The position numbers and the translations under genes are program-made. Shown one piece after another: positions 9,171 to 18,679 of a stretch of 64,000 bases of DNA. Source of the DNA: Nanobdellota archaeon. GTDB lineage: Archaea; Nanobdellota; Nanobdellia; Pacearchaeales; GW2011-AR1. The stretch spans positions 211,322-275,321 of the forward strand of contig DAHWUG010000001.1 of the NCBI GenBank assembly GCA_027334715.1, in the 5' to 3' direction. The notes beneath the pieces are model-generated. The model was not told where the DNA came from. It worked only from the letters and a program-made list of their open reading frames with translations, and did not search any database. Position 1 is the stretch's first letter, and every line of letters begins with the position of its first letter.

Positions 9171-9872
9171 TCAGCTAAATTGCTTTATAATATTTTCTTT
9201 TAATTTCTCAAATGCTTTTAGAATTGTTTCTGCCCGCGGCTTTTCTAAAGCAGGGACATAATTGATGCATTTCCTGAAAGCATCAACTTGAGAATTTATG
9301 GCATCTGCCTCCAATGCATTCTCCTCTTTAAGTGTCCTTGAATACCAATTATTCACAATCCCCTTCTGTGTAAACTGCCATGAATGCCTTGCTTCATGAA
9401 CTATTGCCCCCATGTACCAAAAAATTCTTGCTGATGTCAAATTTCCAGGAAGATAATTGGTGAGATTAGATGAGGCTGCCATCATTGTAGAGCCGAAAGA
9501 TATATCTGCTCCTGCATAAGAGCCATTTGTCGCATAAATGCCAGTTATGTATTTATTGACGTCTGAGAAACTTGATGAATCACATCTGCTAAGCATCTCT
9601 AAGGCGGATTCAATATTACTGTCAAATTCAGGAGAACCTAAAATTTCTATTTTCGGTGCTATGCTTATGAACTCTCCTGTTTCATTGTACCTTGTGTCAT
9701 AAACGGTTATTTTGTCTGTGATATGGTTCTGCGATAATAAATTATCATGACTCATTATAAAAACCAGGGCAATAATCGCGAGAAAGATATAAGCGCACAA
9801 TAATGAAACAGCCCAATAATGCTCAAAATCTGAATAAGAAACCGATTTTTTTCCGTGCATTCTCTTTTTCAT
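9171..9872 (-). CDS. membrane-anchored protein with an HExxH motif (putative metallopeptidase)
   Basis: N-terminal TM helix; AIVHEARHSWQ. Confidence 0.3.
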   Translation of the reverse strand: MKKRMHGKKSVSYSDFEHYWAVSLLCAYIFLAIIALVFIMSHDNLLSQNHITDKITVYDTRYNETGEFISIAPKIEILGSPEFDSNIESALEMLSRCDSSSFSDVNKYITGIYATNGSYAGADISFGSTMMAASSNLTNYLPGNLTSARIFWYMGAIVHEARHSWQFTQKGIVNNWYSRTLKEENALEADAINSQVDAFRKCINYVPALEKPRAETILKAFEKLKENIIKQFS

Positions 9873-9964
9873 TTTAATTGTTGGTTTTTTTTATTTATAA
9901 CCTTTTTTGCTTAATTTTTAAGAATCATGATTAACTTTATTAATGATTTCTGATTAAAAAGAAC

Positions 9965-11020
9965 ATGAATAGAGAGGAAAAAGGGGGAAGCAAGGCAAAA
10001 ATAAAATTATTTATTGCACCAAAATTCTTAATACTTATATTTTTATCCTTTATTATAATAACCTTTTTTTTGTCCTCAATCAAGGCAGATGTTATTTCAA
10101 TCAATGCAGGTGGGGACAACAACACCGCAGTAACACCAAGCAACTACATTGAGAATTTTTTCACTTCAATACCAATAATTGCGGCGCCTTCAGGAGGAGG
10201 CGGAGGAACAGGTGGCGGAGGAACAGGCGGTGGTGGAGGAACAGGAGGGGGAGGAGGGGTATCCCCATCTATGAATATATCTTTAAGCTCTACCGAATTC
10301 AACATAAATCTTGCAGTAAATACGACAACTGAAAGAATAATAACCATAACAAACATAGGAACAAATTCTGTTACGCTCACTCCCACAACAACCATTGCAG
10401 ACCATTTAATATTTGAATCATCAAACCTGACTATTGCTCCTGGCCAGTCTGCAACACTTAAAGTTATTTTTCTTGCCCTGAGCACGCCCGGAATTTACAC
10501 AGGAACAATAACAATAGGAGGCCATGATATTCTTGTCTCAATTAACGTAAAAACAAGCTTCTTGCTCTTTGATTCTAACATTGTTGTCTTAAATCCAAAT
10601 TATCAGGTTCAGCAAGGCGATCAGCTATTAACGCAGGTTACATTGATTCCACTAGGCAGCCAGGAAAACACGGATGTTAACTTAATTTTCACGATAAAGG
10701 ACTACAACAATAAAGTATTCATCACAAAATCAGAAACAATGATGATTAACAAACTTACAAGGATAAACAGAAACTTTGACACAGGAACATTGCCTCCAGG
10801 CAATTATGTAATTGGATTGCAGCTTGTCTATGGCACTTCTTTAGCTCCCTCAAGCGCGCATTTTGAAATAACAAAGAAGACAACAACAATACTCGGCACA
10901 ATAATACTCTATCTGATATTTTTGATATTGTTAATTATAGTACTTATCTTGATAATATTAATCATCAGAAGAATCAGGAAGATGAGGGAAGAGGAAGCTG
11001 CACAAGCACGGGCAGCATAG
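9965..11020 (+). CDS. Gly-rich surface protein with a C-terminal TM anchor
   Basis: signal/TM at the N-terminus, GGGGGTGGGG tract, C-terminal ILGTIILYLIFLILLIIVLILIILIIRR. Confidence 0.45.
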   Translation: MNREEKGGSKAKIKLFIAPKFLILIFLSFIIITFFLSSIKADVISINAGGDNNTAVTPSNYIENFFTSIPIIAAPSGGGGGTGGGGTGGGGGTGGGGGVSPSMNISLSSTEFNINLAVNTTTERIITITNIGTNSVTLTPTTTIADHLIFESSNLTIAPGQSATLKVIFLALSTPGIYTGTITIGGHDILVSINVKTSFLLFDSNIVVLNPNYQVQQGDQLLTQVTLIPLGSQENTDVNLIFTIKDYNNKVFITKSETMMINKLTRINRNFDTGTLPPGNYVIGLQLVYGTSLAPSSAHFEITKKTTTILGTIILYLIFLILLIIVLILIILIIRRIRKMREEEAAQARAA

Positions 11021-11100
11021 AAAATAGTCAAAGCCATAGTGAAAATAGATGATGACGCAAACTATTTCTGATTGGAATAGACATTTTGGTTTGAAATAAA

Positions 11101-11364
11101 ATGTATAAAATTGCAGTAAGAAAAGAAACCGAGGCAGTTTTTAAAAAACTTGCAAAAAAAGACAAAATAAGCTCAGTATACATCTCTAAAAAAATAGAGG
11201 AAATCAGAGAAAACCCCTATCACTTCAAGCCCCTTAGAAATCCACTACAAAACTTTAGGAGAGTTCATATAGGAAATTATGTCCTTGTTTATTCAATAGA
11301 CGAAAAAACCAAAGCAGTCATAATTGAAAAATACAAGTATCATGATGAAGTCTACAAAACATGA
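11101..11364 (+). CDS. RelE/ParE-family toxin-like protein (solo)
   Basis: RVHIGNYVLVYSIDEKTKAVIIEKYKYHDEVY. Confidence 0.5.
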   Translation: MYKIAVRKETEAVFKKLAKKDKISSVYISKKIEEIRENPYHFKPLRNPLQNFRRVHIGNYVLVYSIDEKTKAVIIEKYKYHDEVYKT

Positions 11365-11415
11365 GGCTTCTTTGGTATAATCTTTAAAAACAGGCATTGT
11401 TTATTCTTTAGTAAA

Positions 11416-11988
11416 ATGTTAATAGGTTTGACAGGTAGGATATCTTCAGGAAAAGGGGAAATTGTTGAATTCCTTAAGAAAAAAGGATTTCAGTATCTTA
11501 CTCTTTCACAGGTCATAAGGGATGAAGCAGAAAAAATAAGCCTGCCAATAACACGTGAAAGCCTGCAGGATTTTGGAAATTTGCTTAGAAAATACGATGG
11601 AAATTCCGCACTTATAAAAAGATTAATCGGAAAAGCTGATTTTCCGAACAATACAATAATTGACGGGATAAGAAATACAGGAGAAGTTGAAGAATTAAGG
11701 AAAATGAAAGATTTTGTCCTAATCTCAATTGATGCACCCCAGAAAATAAGGTTTGAAAGGGTTTTGAAAAGAGGCAAGCCAAGCGATCCTAAAAAATGGG
11801 ATTTATTCCTAAAGGTTGATGAAAGGGATTACGGAGAAAATATTGATTCAGGCCAGCAGGTTGGAAAATGCATGAAAATGGCTGATTTTCATCTTGTAAA
11901 TGACTCCTCAATAGAGAATTTTCATAAAAAGATTGAAGATGTTTTTAAAAAAATAAACAAAACAAAAAATAACAAACAAAAATGCTAA
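11416..11988 (+). CDS. P-loop nucleotide kinase-like protein (dephospho-CoA kinase/UPF0200-like) with an atypical GKGE loop
   Basis: MLIGLTGRISSGKGEIVEFLKKKGF. Confidence 0.35.
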   Translation: MLIGLTGRISSGKGEIVEFLKKKGFQYLTLSQVIRDEAEKISLPITRESLQDFGNLLRKYDGNSALIKRLIGKADFPNNTIIDGIRNTGEVEELRKMKDFVLISIDAPQKIRFERVLKRGKPSDPKKWDLFLKVDERDYGENIDSGQQVGKCMKMADFHLVNDSSIENFHKKIEDVFKKINKTKNNKQKC

Positions 11989-13175
11989 TCGGACTTGTCG
12001 GAAAACCAAGCTCTGGAAAATCCACTTTTTTCAAAGCAGCTACGCTGGCAGAAGTTGACATTGCGCCGTATCCCTTCACAACGATAAAGCCAAATCACGG
12101 AGTTGGATATGTGAAAGTCGAATGCATTGACAGAGAGATGGGGGTCCAGTGCCAGCCAAATCACGGCTTCTGCATAAAAGGGCAGAGATTTGTGCCTGTT
12201 GACATCATGGATGTTGCAGGTCTTGTGCCCGGAGCAAGCGAAGGGAAAGGCCTGGGCAACCAGTTCCTTGACGATTTAAGGCAGGCAGATGTTTTCATCC
12301 ACATTCTTGATGCATCAGGAACAACAGATGAAGAGGGAAAGCCTGTTGAAACCCATGATCCATCAAAAGACATTATGTTCCTTGAAAATGAACTGAACAG
12401 ATGGTTTTACAATATAATGATTAAAGCATGGAAAAGCTTTGCACGCAAGATTGAACAAGAGCAGGAAGGCGGAAGTTTTTCAGAGGCAATCGCAAAGCAG
12501 TTTTCCGGATTGAAAGTCACAGAAAATCAGGTTAAAAAAGTCCTGGCAAGAATGAAGAATCTTCCTGAGAAGCCAACTGCATGGACAAATGACCATCTCT
12601 TCTGGTTTGCATCTGAACTGAGGACAGAAAGCAAGCCAACAATAATCGCTGCAAACAAGATTGACATGGAAAAAGCAAACTCAAATTATATTCTTCTAAA
12701 AATGAAATTTCCAGGATTGATGATAATTCCTTGCTCTGCTGATTCAGAGCTTGCATTAAGAGAAGCTGCAAAATCAGATTTGATTGACTATATTCCGGGC
12801 GAGAGAAATTTCGAGGTTAAAAAACCACTGAGCAACGCGCAGAAAGAAGCGCTGGAAAAAATAAAGGAAAATGTCCTTGGCAAATTTCCAGAAGGAACAG
12901 GCGTACAGGCAATCCTGAATCATGCCGTATTTGACCTCTTGAAATATCTTGCTATTTTTCCAGCAGGAGCAACAAAGCTTGCAGACAGCAAGGGAAAAAT
13001 CCTCCCTGACTGTTTTTTACTTCCTTCTGGCTCAACCGCCCTTGACTTTGCATTCTATCTGCATACTGATTTCGGGAACAATTTTATAAAGGCCATTGAT
13101 GCAAGGACAAAGAAGGCAATAGGAAAAAATTATGAACTGAAGAACAGGGATGCCTTGGAGATTGTCACAAGATAA
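11982..13175 (+). CDS. ychF: Obg-family GTPase, YchF/OLA1-like
   Basis: GLVGKPSSGKSTFF...YPFTTIKPN...GLGNQFLDDLRQADVFIHILD. Confidence 0.65.
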   Translation: MLIGLVGKPSSGKSTFFKAATLAEVDIAPYPFTTIKPNHGVGYVKVECIDREMGVQCQPNHGFCIKGQRFVPVDIMDVAGLVPGASEGKGLGNQFLDDLRQADVFIHILDASGTTDEEGKPVETHDPSKDIMFLENELNRWFYNIMIKAWKSFARKIEQEQEGGSFSEAIAKQFSGLKVTENQVKKVLARMKNLPEKPTAWTNDHLFWFASELRTESKPTIIAANKIDMEKANSNYILLKMKFPGLMIIPCSADSELALREAAKSDLIDYIPGERNFEVKKPLSNAQKEALEKIKENVLGKFPEGTGVQAILNHAVFDLLKYLAIFPAGATKLADSKGKILPDCFLLPSGSTALDFAFYLHTDFGNNFIKAIDARTKKAIGKNYELKNRDALEIVTR

Positions 13176-13630
13176 TGGACAATTTTGAGCGCTTATACAA
13201 AAAAGATGAAGAAAATATCAAAAAATGGGAAAAAGATTACACAGATAAAGAGTTCTACTTAAAAAATAAAGAAATAAGAAAACAACTTGAAATTTTGATA
13301 AAAAAGAAAGATAAATTAAGTTCAAGGCAGAAATTTATATGCGCAATTATTTATCATCATGGTTTTAGTCTATTATCATCTAGAAAAGCAATGAAATATA
13401 TAAAAGAAGCCCAGGCAGAAGGATACAAAAGGCAAAAATGGCTCATTGCTTCAATAACAGATAGATTATTACAAATGCAGGATAAACCCCAGAAATATGG
13501 AACTCAAATTGTTAAACTAAAAAATGGAAAATACAAACAATACAAGATTGATAATTCTATTAATGATAAAGAGAGAATTAGTATTGGATTACCAAAATTA
13601 AAAAACCTAAAAAGATATCTTGAAAAATAA
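13175..13630 (+). CDS. hypothetical protein
   Basis: ORF only, Lys-rich. Confidence 0.2.
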   Translation: MDNFERLYKKDEENIKKWEKDYTDKEFYLKNKEIRKQLEILIKKKDKLSSRQKFICAIIYHHGFSLLSSRKAMKYIKEAQAEGYKRQKWLIASITDRLLQMQDKPQKYGTQIVKLKNGKYKQYKIDNSINDKERISIGLPKLKNLKRYLEK

Positions 13631-13845
13631 TTCTTAAAAATTACTTACTTCCTCATAAATCTTATCAGCCTGTACAAAAAAATAGGAGGCAGAACTATCA
13701 AAAGTCCGACTAGCATAAATAAAACCTCTATTCCATTTACTATTTCCTTGAACACCATGAAAATTGGCAAATTCCATATTATTTAACTTTTTCTGTTTGA
13801 AAATCGGGAGAAATTTATAAATCCAGATATCTTATTCAGGGTATA

Positions 13846-14355
13846 ATGAAACTAAGGCATATTTTAAAAAAAGGTCGCGAGGTTACAACAAGAGAAGGCA
13901 GTTTTGTAATTAAACTAGCGAGCAAAATTGTTTCTGAGATAAAGTCATACTGCAGAAAAATTGAAATCGGAGGGAGCATAAGAAGAAAGTCGAAAAATCC
14001 TACAGATATTGACCTTATTGTTATCCCAAAAACAGAAGAGAATAAAGATAAAATAAAATTTGCCCTTGAAAAAAAAGGAAAATTCTTGCAGGGTGGAGAA
14101 CAAAGAGCATTCTTTAAGATTGAAGGCGTTGAAGTTGAGATCTATTACACAACGCCTGAAGAATGGGGGGCTGCGTTTCTTGCCTATTCAAGTCCATTTG
14201 GCGCCAGCATTGGCTTAAGGATTGTTGCAAGGACAAAAGGATTCAAATTAAACCAGCATGGGCTTTTCAGGCACGGGTTGCAGGTTGCAGGAAGAACAGA
14301 AGAGGAAATTTATCGTGCTTTAGGAAGGCCATGGAAGCCGCCTGAAAAAAGGTGA
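13846..14355 (+). CDS. Pol-beta-like (family X) minimal nucleotidyltransferase domain protein
   Basis: GGSIRRKSKNPTDIDLIVI palm motif; C-terminal GFKLNQHGLF...EEEIYRALGRPWKPPEKR thumb-like. Confidence 0.5.
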   Translation: MKLRHILKKGREVTTREGSFVIKLASKIVSEIKSYCRKIEIGGSIRRKSKNPTDIDLIVIPKTEENKDKIKFALEKKGKFLQGGEQRAFFKIEGVEVEIYYTTPEEWGAAFLAYSSPFGASIGLRIVARTKGFKLNQHGLFRHGLQVAGRTEEEIYRALGRPWKPPEKR

Positions 14356-14567
14356 ATAAAATGAAAATTAAAGTCAATGTTCATCCTAAATCAGGACGGC
14401 AAAGTGTTATTAAGGCAGAAAAAGATTACTCTGTTTATCTTAAGTCAGCTGCAGAAGACAACAAGGCAAACATTGAACTTATAAAATTGCTGAAGAAACA
14501 TTTTGGCAGAAATATTGAAATAAAATCAGGGTTTAAATCGAGAAAAAAGACAATCGAGGTAAAATAA
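14352..14567 (+). CDS. DUF167 (YggU) family protein
   Basis: KIKVNVHPKSGRQSV...EDNKANIELIKLL...IKSGFKSRKKTIEV. Confidence 0.5.
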   Translation: MNKMKIKVNVHPKSGRQSVIKAEKDYSVYLKSAAEDNKANIELIKLLKKHFGRNIEIKSGFKSRKKTIEVK

Positions 14568-14571
14568 AAAA

Positions 14572-15054
14572 ATGAGATACGAACCAGCTCCAGATATACA
14601 GAGAATAGCAGATGAAATATCCAAGCTGCTTTTTCCCCACGTTCATATAGACAGAATGAGATGCTTTCGCAGTTATGGAAGCTCTTCGCGGGGAACAATT
14701 GCAAGATGCCACACCATTGGAAAGCTTTTGCAGAGAGCAATGAATGTTGACGCTTTTTATGCACTTGAGTTCATATCGGAAAGGTTTGACAAGATGCATG
14801 AAGAGGAGAAGATAAAGACGATAATCCATGAATTAATGCATATTCCGCAGACTTTTGGCGGGGGATTCAGAAATCACGACCATGTCTGCGAAAGAAATGT
14901 CAATATGTGCTACAAAGAGTACAATGAAAAAAAGAAGCAGGCTGAAGAAGCAGACTTTTTAAAAATCAAGGAATTAAAATGGAAAAACGAGGATAATGTC
15001 AAAAAGCTTAAAGACATAAGAAAAAATGCAGGCAAAGGTTGGTTTTCATTATAA
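14572..15054 (+). CDS. HExxH zinc-metallopeptidase-like protein
   Basis: IIHELMHIPQTFGGGFRNHDH. Confidence 0.3.
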   Translation: MRYEPAPDIQRIADEISKLLFPHVHIDRMRCFRSYGSSSRGTIARCHTIGKLLQRAMNVDAFYALEFISERFDKMHEEEKIKTIIHELMHIPQTFGGGFRNHDHVCERNVNMCYKEYNEKKKQAEEADFLKIKELKWKNEDNVKKLKDIRKNAGKGWFSL

Positions 15055-15382
15055 AAAAAAGAGGCTTTCTTTTAATGCAAGGAAATGCGGAATGTTTGGC
15101 CAATTTTGGGGTCTGATGTTTTCCCGTAGGGAAAAAGCTGAAAATCTCCTTTTTGAATTTAGGAAGCCGGTAAGTTTCAGCATTCACTCTGTGTTTGTTT
15201 TCTTCCCTTTTGTTGCTGTCTGGCTTGATGAAAAAGGCAATGTTACCAAAATAAAGATTATAAAACCATTTACTCTGTCTGTCAAACCAAAAAGAAAATA
15301 CAAAAAGCTGCTGGAAATACCAATAAACAGGAAGAACAGGAAAAAATTGCAGTCTCTTTCCCGTAACTTTCCTCAATATTAA
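15026..15382 (+). CDS. DUF192-family protein
   Basis: GFHYKKK...GLMFSRREK...VWLDEKGNVTKI pattern. Confidence 0.4.
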   Translation: MQAKVGFHYKKKRLSFNARKCGMFGQFWGLMFSRREKAENLLFEFRKPVSFSIHSVFVFFPFVAVWLDEKGNVTKIKIIKPFTLSVKPKRKYKKLLEIPINRKNRKKLQSLSRNFPQY

Positions 15383-15463
15383 CTAACAAACTTCTTTCGT
15401 AAAGTTCCTCTGCTCGTAACTTTCCTCAATATTAACTAACAAACTTCTTTCGTAAAGTTCCTC
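15361..15463. repeat. tandem direct repeat, 2 x ~50 nt (ccgtaactttcctcaatattaactaacaaacttctttcgtaaagttcctc)
   Basis: two near-identical units separated by tgct; unit 1 includes the stop codon of the upstream ORF. Confidence 0.75.
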
Positions 15464-15542
15464 GTCGGTAATGAGAAAGATTTAAATAGAGAAATTAGCT
15501 TTATTAAATAGATACTTTATATATCTAAAAAGGAGGTGCTAA

Positions 15543-15668
15543 ATGGGAAAAGTACTTGTCAAAAACGCAGTCAAAAGAAAGCCAGGATACCTTTACTATG
15601 TTGACGGAAAGGGAAATGTATGTGAAGCAAAGATGGCTAGAGGCGGAAAGAGAAAGAAGAGAAAGTAA
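15543..15668 (+). CDS. small basic protein (41 aa) with a strong Shine-Dalgarno sequence
   Basis: AGGAGGTG 7 nt upstream of the ATG; MGKVLVKNAVKRKPGYLYYVDGKGNVCEAKMARGGKRKKRK. Confidence 0.3.
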   Translation: MGKVLVKNAVKRKPGYLYYVDGKGNVCEAKMARGGKRKKRK

Positions 15669-15708
15669 GCCTACAAACTTTTTTTATTTTTATTAATTTT
15701 ATTAAAAT

Positions 15709-16008
15709 TTATTTTTTGCTAACCTGAGAAAAAGCCAGTGATACAAGTCTTTCTAATTTTTCTCCAAGGGGATAAATTGGAAGAATTAGATTATTAATGT
15801 CTGAATATTTAAATCTCCCCTGTCTGCGATAATACCCTATCCATGATAATTCCTCTACTTTTATGTCAGCCATAAAATTAATATTTATCCTGACAGTATA
15901 GTCTTTTTTAGCTGAATGCAGGTAAACTATTGCCGTTTTCCTACTTTCTTCTGTTTTTCTAAACTCAATCCTGGCAGCGTCAATTGGATCAGCATAATGC
16001 CTTCTCAT
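15709..16008 (-). CDS. hypothetical protein
   Basis: ORF only. Confidence 0.2.
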   Translation of the reverse strand: MRRHYADPIDAARIEFRKTEESRKTAIVYLHSAKKDYTVRININFMADIKVEELSWIGYYRRQGRFKYSDINNLILPIYPLGEKLERLVSLAFSQVSKK

Positions 16009-16063
16009 TCTATAATTTTATAAGAGAAGAATTTTATAAATATACTTTTACTGGAGTATACAT

Positions 16064-17048
16064 GATAATCTTGGGAATTGAGAGCACTGCCCATACTTTT
16101 GGCGTTGGAATTGTAAAAGACGGAAAAATACTTGCCAATGCAAAGAAAACATACACAACAGAAACAGGCGGTATCATTCCAATGGAAGCTGCAAAGCATC
16201 ATCGGGAGAACAAGGAAGAGATTTATTTTGAGGCATTGAGCGCAGCAGGTATAAAAGAAGAGGAAATAGATGCCATTGCCTTTTCCCAGGGGCCTGGTCT
16301 TGCCCCATGCCTTTTGCAGGGAATGCATTTTGCCAAAGAACTTTCTGAAAAGCTAAAAAAGCCGGTTGTGCCTGTTAATCATTGCATTGCACATCTTGAA
16401 ATAGGAAGAACAACAGGAGCAAAAGACCCTGTAATGCTTTATGTTTCTGGCGCAAACACGCAGATAATTGCATATGCCTCTGGAAAATTCAGGGTTTTTG
16501 GAGAGACACTTGACATAGGAATTGGAAATTTCATAGATACTTTTGCAAGATATGCAGGCATAGGATTTCCAGGGGGGCCAAAAATAGAGAAACTTGCTTT
16601 GGAAGGAAAAAACCTGATAAGGATTCCATATAAAGTAAAAGGAATGGACATTGCACTGTCAGGAATACTCACAAACTTGAGGCAAAAGCTAGAATCAGAA
16701 AAATATAATCTTTCTGACCTTGCTTTCTCTCTCCAGGAAAATGTTTTTGCGATGATTACAGAAGTTTCAGAACGTGCCTTGGCCCATACAGGAAAGAAGG
16801 AACTGCTGCTGGGAGGAGGAGTTGCATGCAACAAAAGACTCCAGGAAATGTGCAGGATAATGTGCAAGGAAAGAGGAGCAAAATTTTTCTGCCCTGAAAA
16901 TAATCTTTTACAAGATAATGGCAGTATGATAGCCTATACAGGAGAACTTCTTTTTAAAAATGGAAATTTTGTCCCTTTTAAAAATATAAAAAATTTAGAT
17001 ATAGCGCCCCGTCAACGAACCGATGAGGTAGAAATAAAATATAGATAA
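16064..17048 (+). CDS. kae1: tRNA N6-adenosine threonylcarbamoyltransferase Kae1/TsaD
   Basis: MIILGIESTAHTFGVGIV...HCIAHLE...GGGVACN; the track ORF starts upstream at an alternative codon. Confidence 0.85.
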
Positions 17049-17543
17049 GGCCAGATATCATTATCGCAAGAAATCAATTTTTCTTTCTCTAATTTTAACA
17101 AATAATGATTAGTAACTCTCTTATTCTTATTAATACATTCAGAAAATTCTCTGGCAGTAACCCTCTTATTTAGCTCTTTTAGTTTATTCATATAGAAACT
17201 TCTGCAAGTGTTTTTTGAAATTTGATTCCTTTTAAAACTGTTCATAACGTCCTTCCAAGATTTTCTTTCTTTGTTTATTTTGCTAAAAAAGGAGAAAAAG
17301 AAGAGGTTTTGATACGAAACAGATTACAGATACCCATGAAGGAGGGGAGAAGAAGCAGAAAGATACCACAAAAACCTTTTATTATTAGAAGATTAAATCT
17401 CTGTAAAATAAGCAGCCTGATTTAAGGACTTAATTTAAAAATGCTTTTTATTAGAAAAGTTTAAAAACAAACTTTTAGATTAATATTTATCCGATGAGCG
17501 AAAGTGAGGATAATTTCTTTCGTTTTACATTGGAAACCATAAC

Positions 17544-17843
17544 ATGGATGTTTACAGCATAATAGAAAAAGCAAGAAAAACAGGAAAAGTCGAGAAAGGA
17601 ACTAATGAGGTCACTAAAGCCATAGAGAGAGGCACTGCAAAGCTAGTTGTTTATGCAGCGGATGTTTCTCCTAAGGAAATAATCCAGCACATTCCAATGC
17701 TTTGCAAGGAGAAAAAAGTCCTTTGCAAGGAAGTTGACAGCAAGCAGAAGCTGGGAATTGCTGTCGGAATTTCTGTATCTGCATCATCAGTCGCAGTAAT
17801 AAATCCCGGCGATGCTGAAAAAGACATTGCCTCATTGAAATAA
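17544..17843 (+). CDS. rpl7ae: ribosomal protein L7Ae
   Basis: VVYAADVSPKEIIQHIPMLCKEKKV...LGIAVGISVSASSVAVI. Confidence 0.85.
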   Translation: MDVYSIIEKARKTGKVEKGTNEVTKAIERGTAKLVVYAADVSPKEIIQHIPMLCKEKKVLCKEVDSKQKLGIAVGISVSASSVAVINPGDAEKDIASLK

Positions 17844-17869
17844 CAGGGGTAAATCAATAAACTAAGAAA

Positions 17870-18178
17870 ATGGGCGGAGCAAAACAACAAAAATCAAAAC
17901 AGCAGCAACAGCAACAGCAAACTCAGGCAACAAAGGGAAGCGAGAAAATTCTTGGAGAAGCTGTGCCTGCCCTTGTCCAGGAAATAATCGGAAGGACAGG
18001 ATTCAGGGGAGAAATAACACAGGTTAAGTGCTTTGTGACAGCTGGAAGGGACAAGGGAAGGGAAATAAGAAGAAATGTAAAAGGTCCTGTTCGCGTAGGG
18101 GATTATTTAATTCTCAGAGAAACAGAAATTGAGGCAAGAAGAATTAAATCAAAAGTCACAAAAGGGGCATACACCTAA
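17870..18178 (+). CDS. rps28e: ribosomal protein S28e, with a poly-Q N-terminal extension in the annotated frame
   Basis: [54 protein letters not shown]. Confidence 0.8.
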   Translation: MGGAKQQKSKQQQQQQQTQATKGSEKILGEAVPALVQEIIGRTGFRGEITQVKCFVTAGRDKGREIRRNVKGPVRVGDYLILRETEIEARRIKSKVTKGAYT

Positions 18179-18180
18179 AA

Positions 18181-18314
18181 TGAAATCTTTAGGAGAATTG
18201 GTCTCAGAAGCAGATTTCCTGACAAAATCATTAACTAAATATGATGTAAGAAAAGTTTCAATTGTTTCAGCATATGAACCAACAGCTTATGCCTTACATA
18301 TCACGAATAAATAA
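18181..18314 (+). CDS. hypothetical small protein
   Basis: MKSLGELVSEADFL... between S28e and L24e. Confidence 0.2.
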
Positions 18315-18316
18315 AG

Positions 18317-18478
18317 ATGCCAAAATGCGTTTATTGCGGAAAAAATTACGAGCCTCCAAGAGGACTTACCATGGTAATGAATGACGGCACTTTGAAGTAT
18401 ATTTGCTCATCAAAATGCAGAAAAAACATGCTGATGAGGAGAAGAAAAGTCCGCTGGATTTCTAAGAAAGAGGAGTAA
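18317..18478 (+). CDS. rpl24e: ribosomal protein L24e
   Basis: MPKCVYCGKNYEPPRGLTMVMNDGTLKYICSSKCRKNM...RKVRW; below the ORF-track length cutoff. Confidence 0.8.
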   Translation: MPKCVYCGKNYEPPRGLTMVMNDGTLKYICSSKCRKNMLMRRRKVRWISKKEE

Positions 18479-18679
18479 TTTTCAATTCTGCAAAGCATAA
18501 AAAATAACACTATTTTTCATGCAAAAAAAGATTTTATCGACGATAAAATCGCAAAAAGGTTTATAAACCAAGCTTCCGTTTTTCTGGGATAATAGGGTAA
18601 AAAGGACTGATTTTCTAGTCCAAAATTACTAAAAAACACCAAAGAAATAGCAAAAGCTGCCTAAAACAGAGAATCAAAA

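Noticed and set aside
10144-10485. 113-aa proline-rich ORF on the minus strand
   Set aside because: Mirror image of the GGA/GGC-rich Gly tract of the plus-strand surface protein (9965-11020); a shadow ORF.
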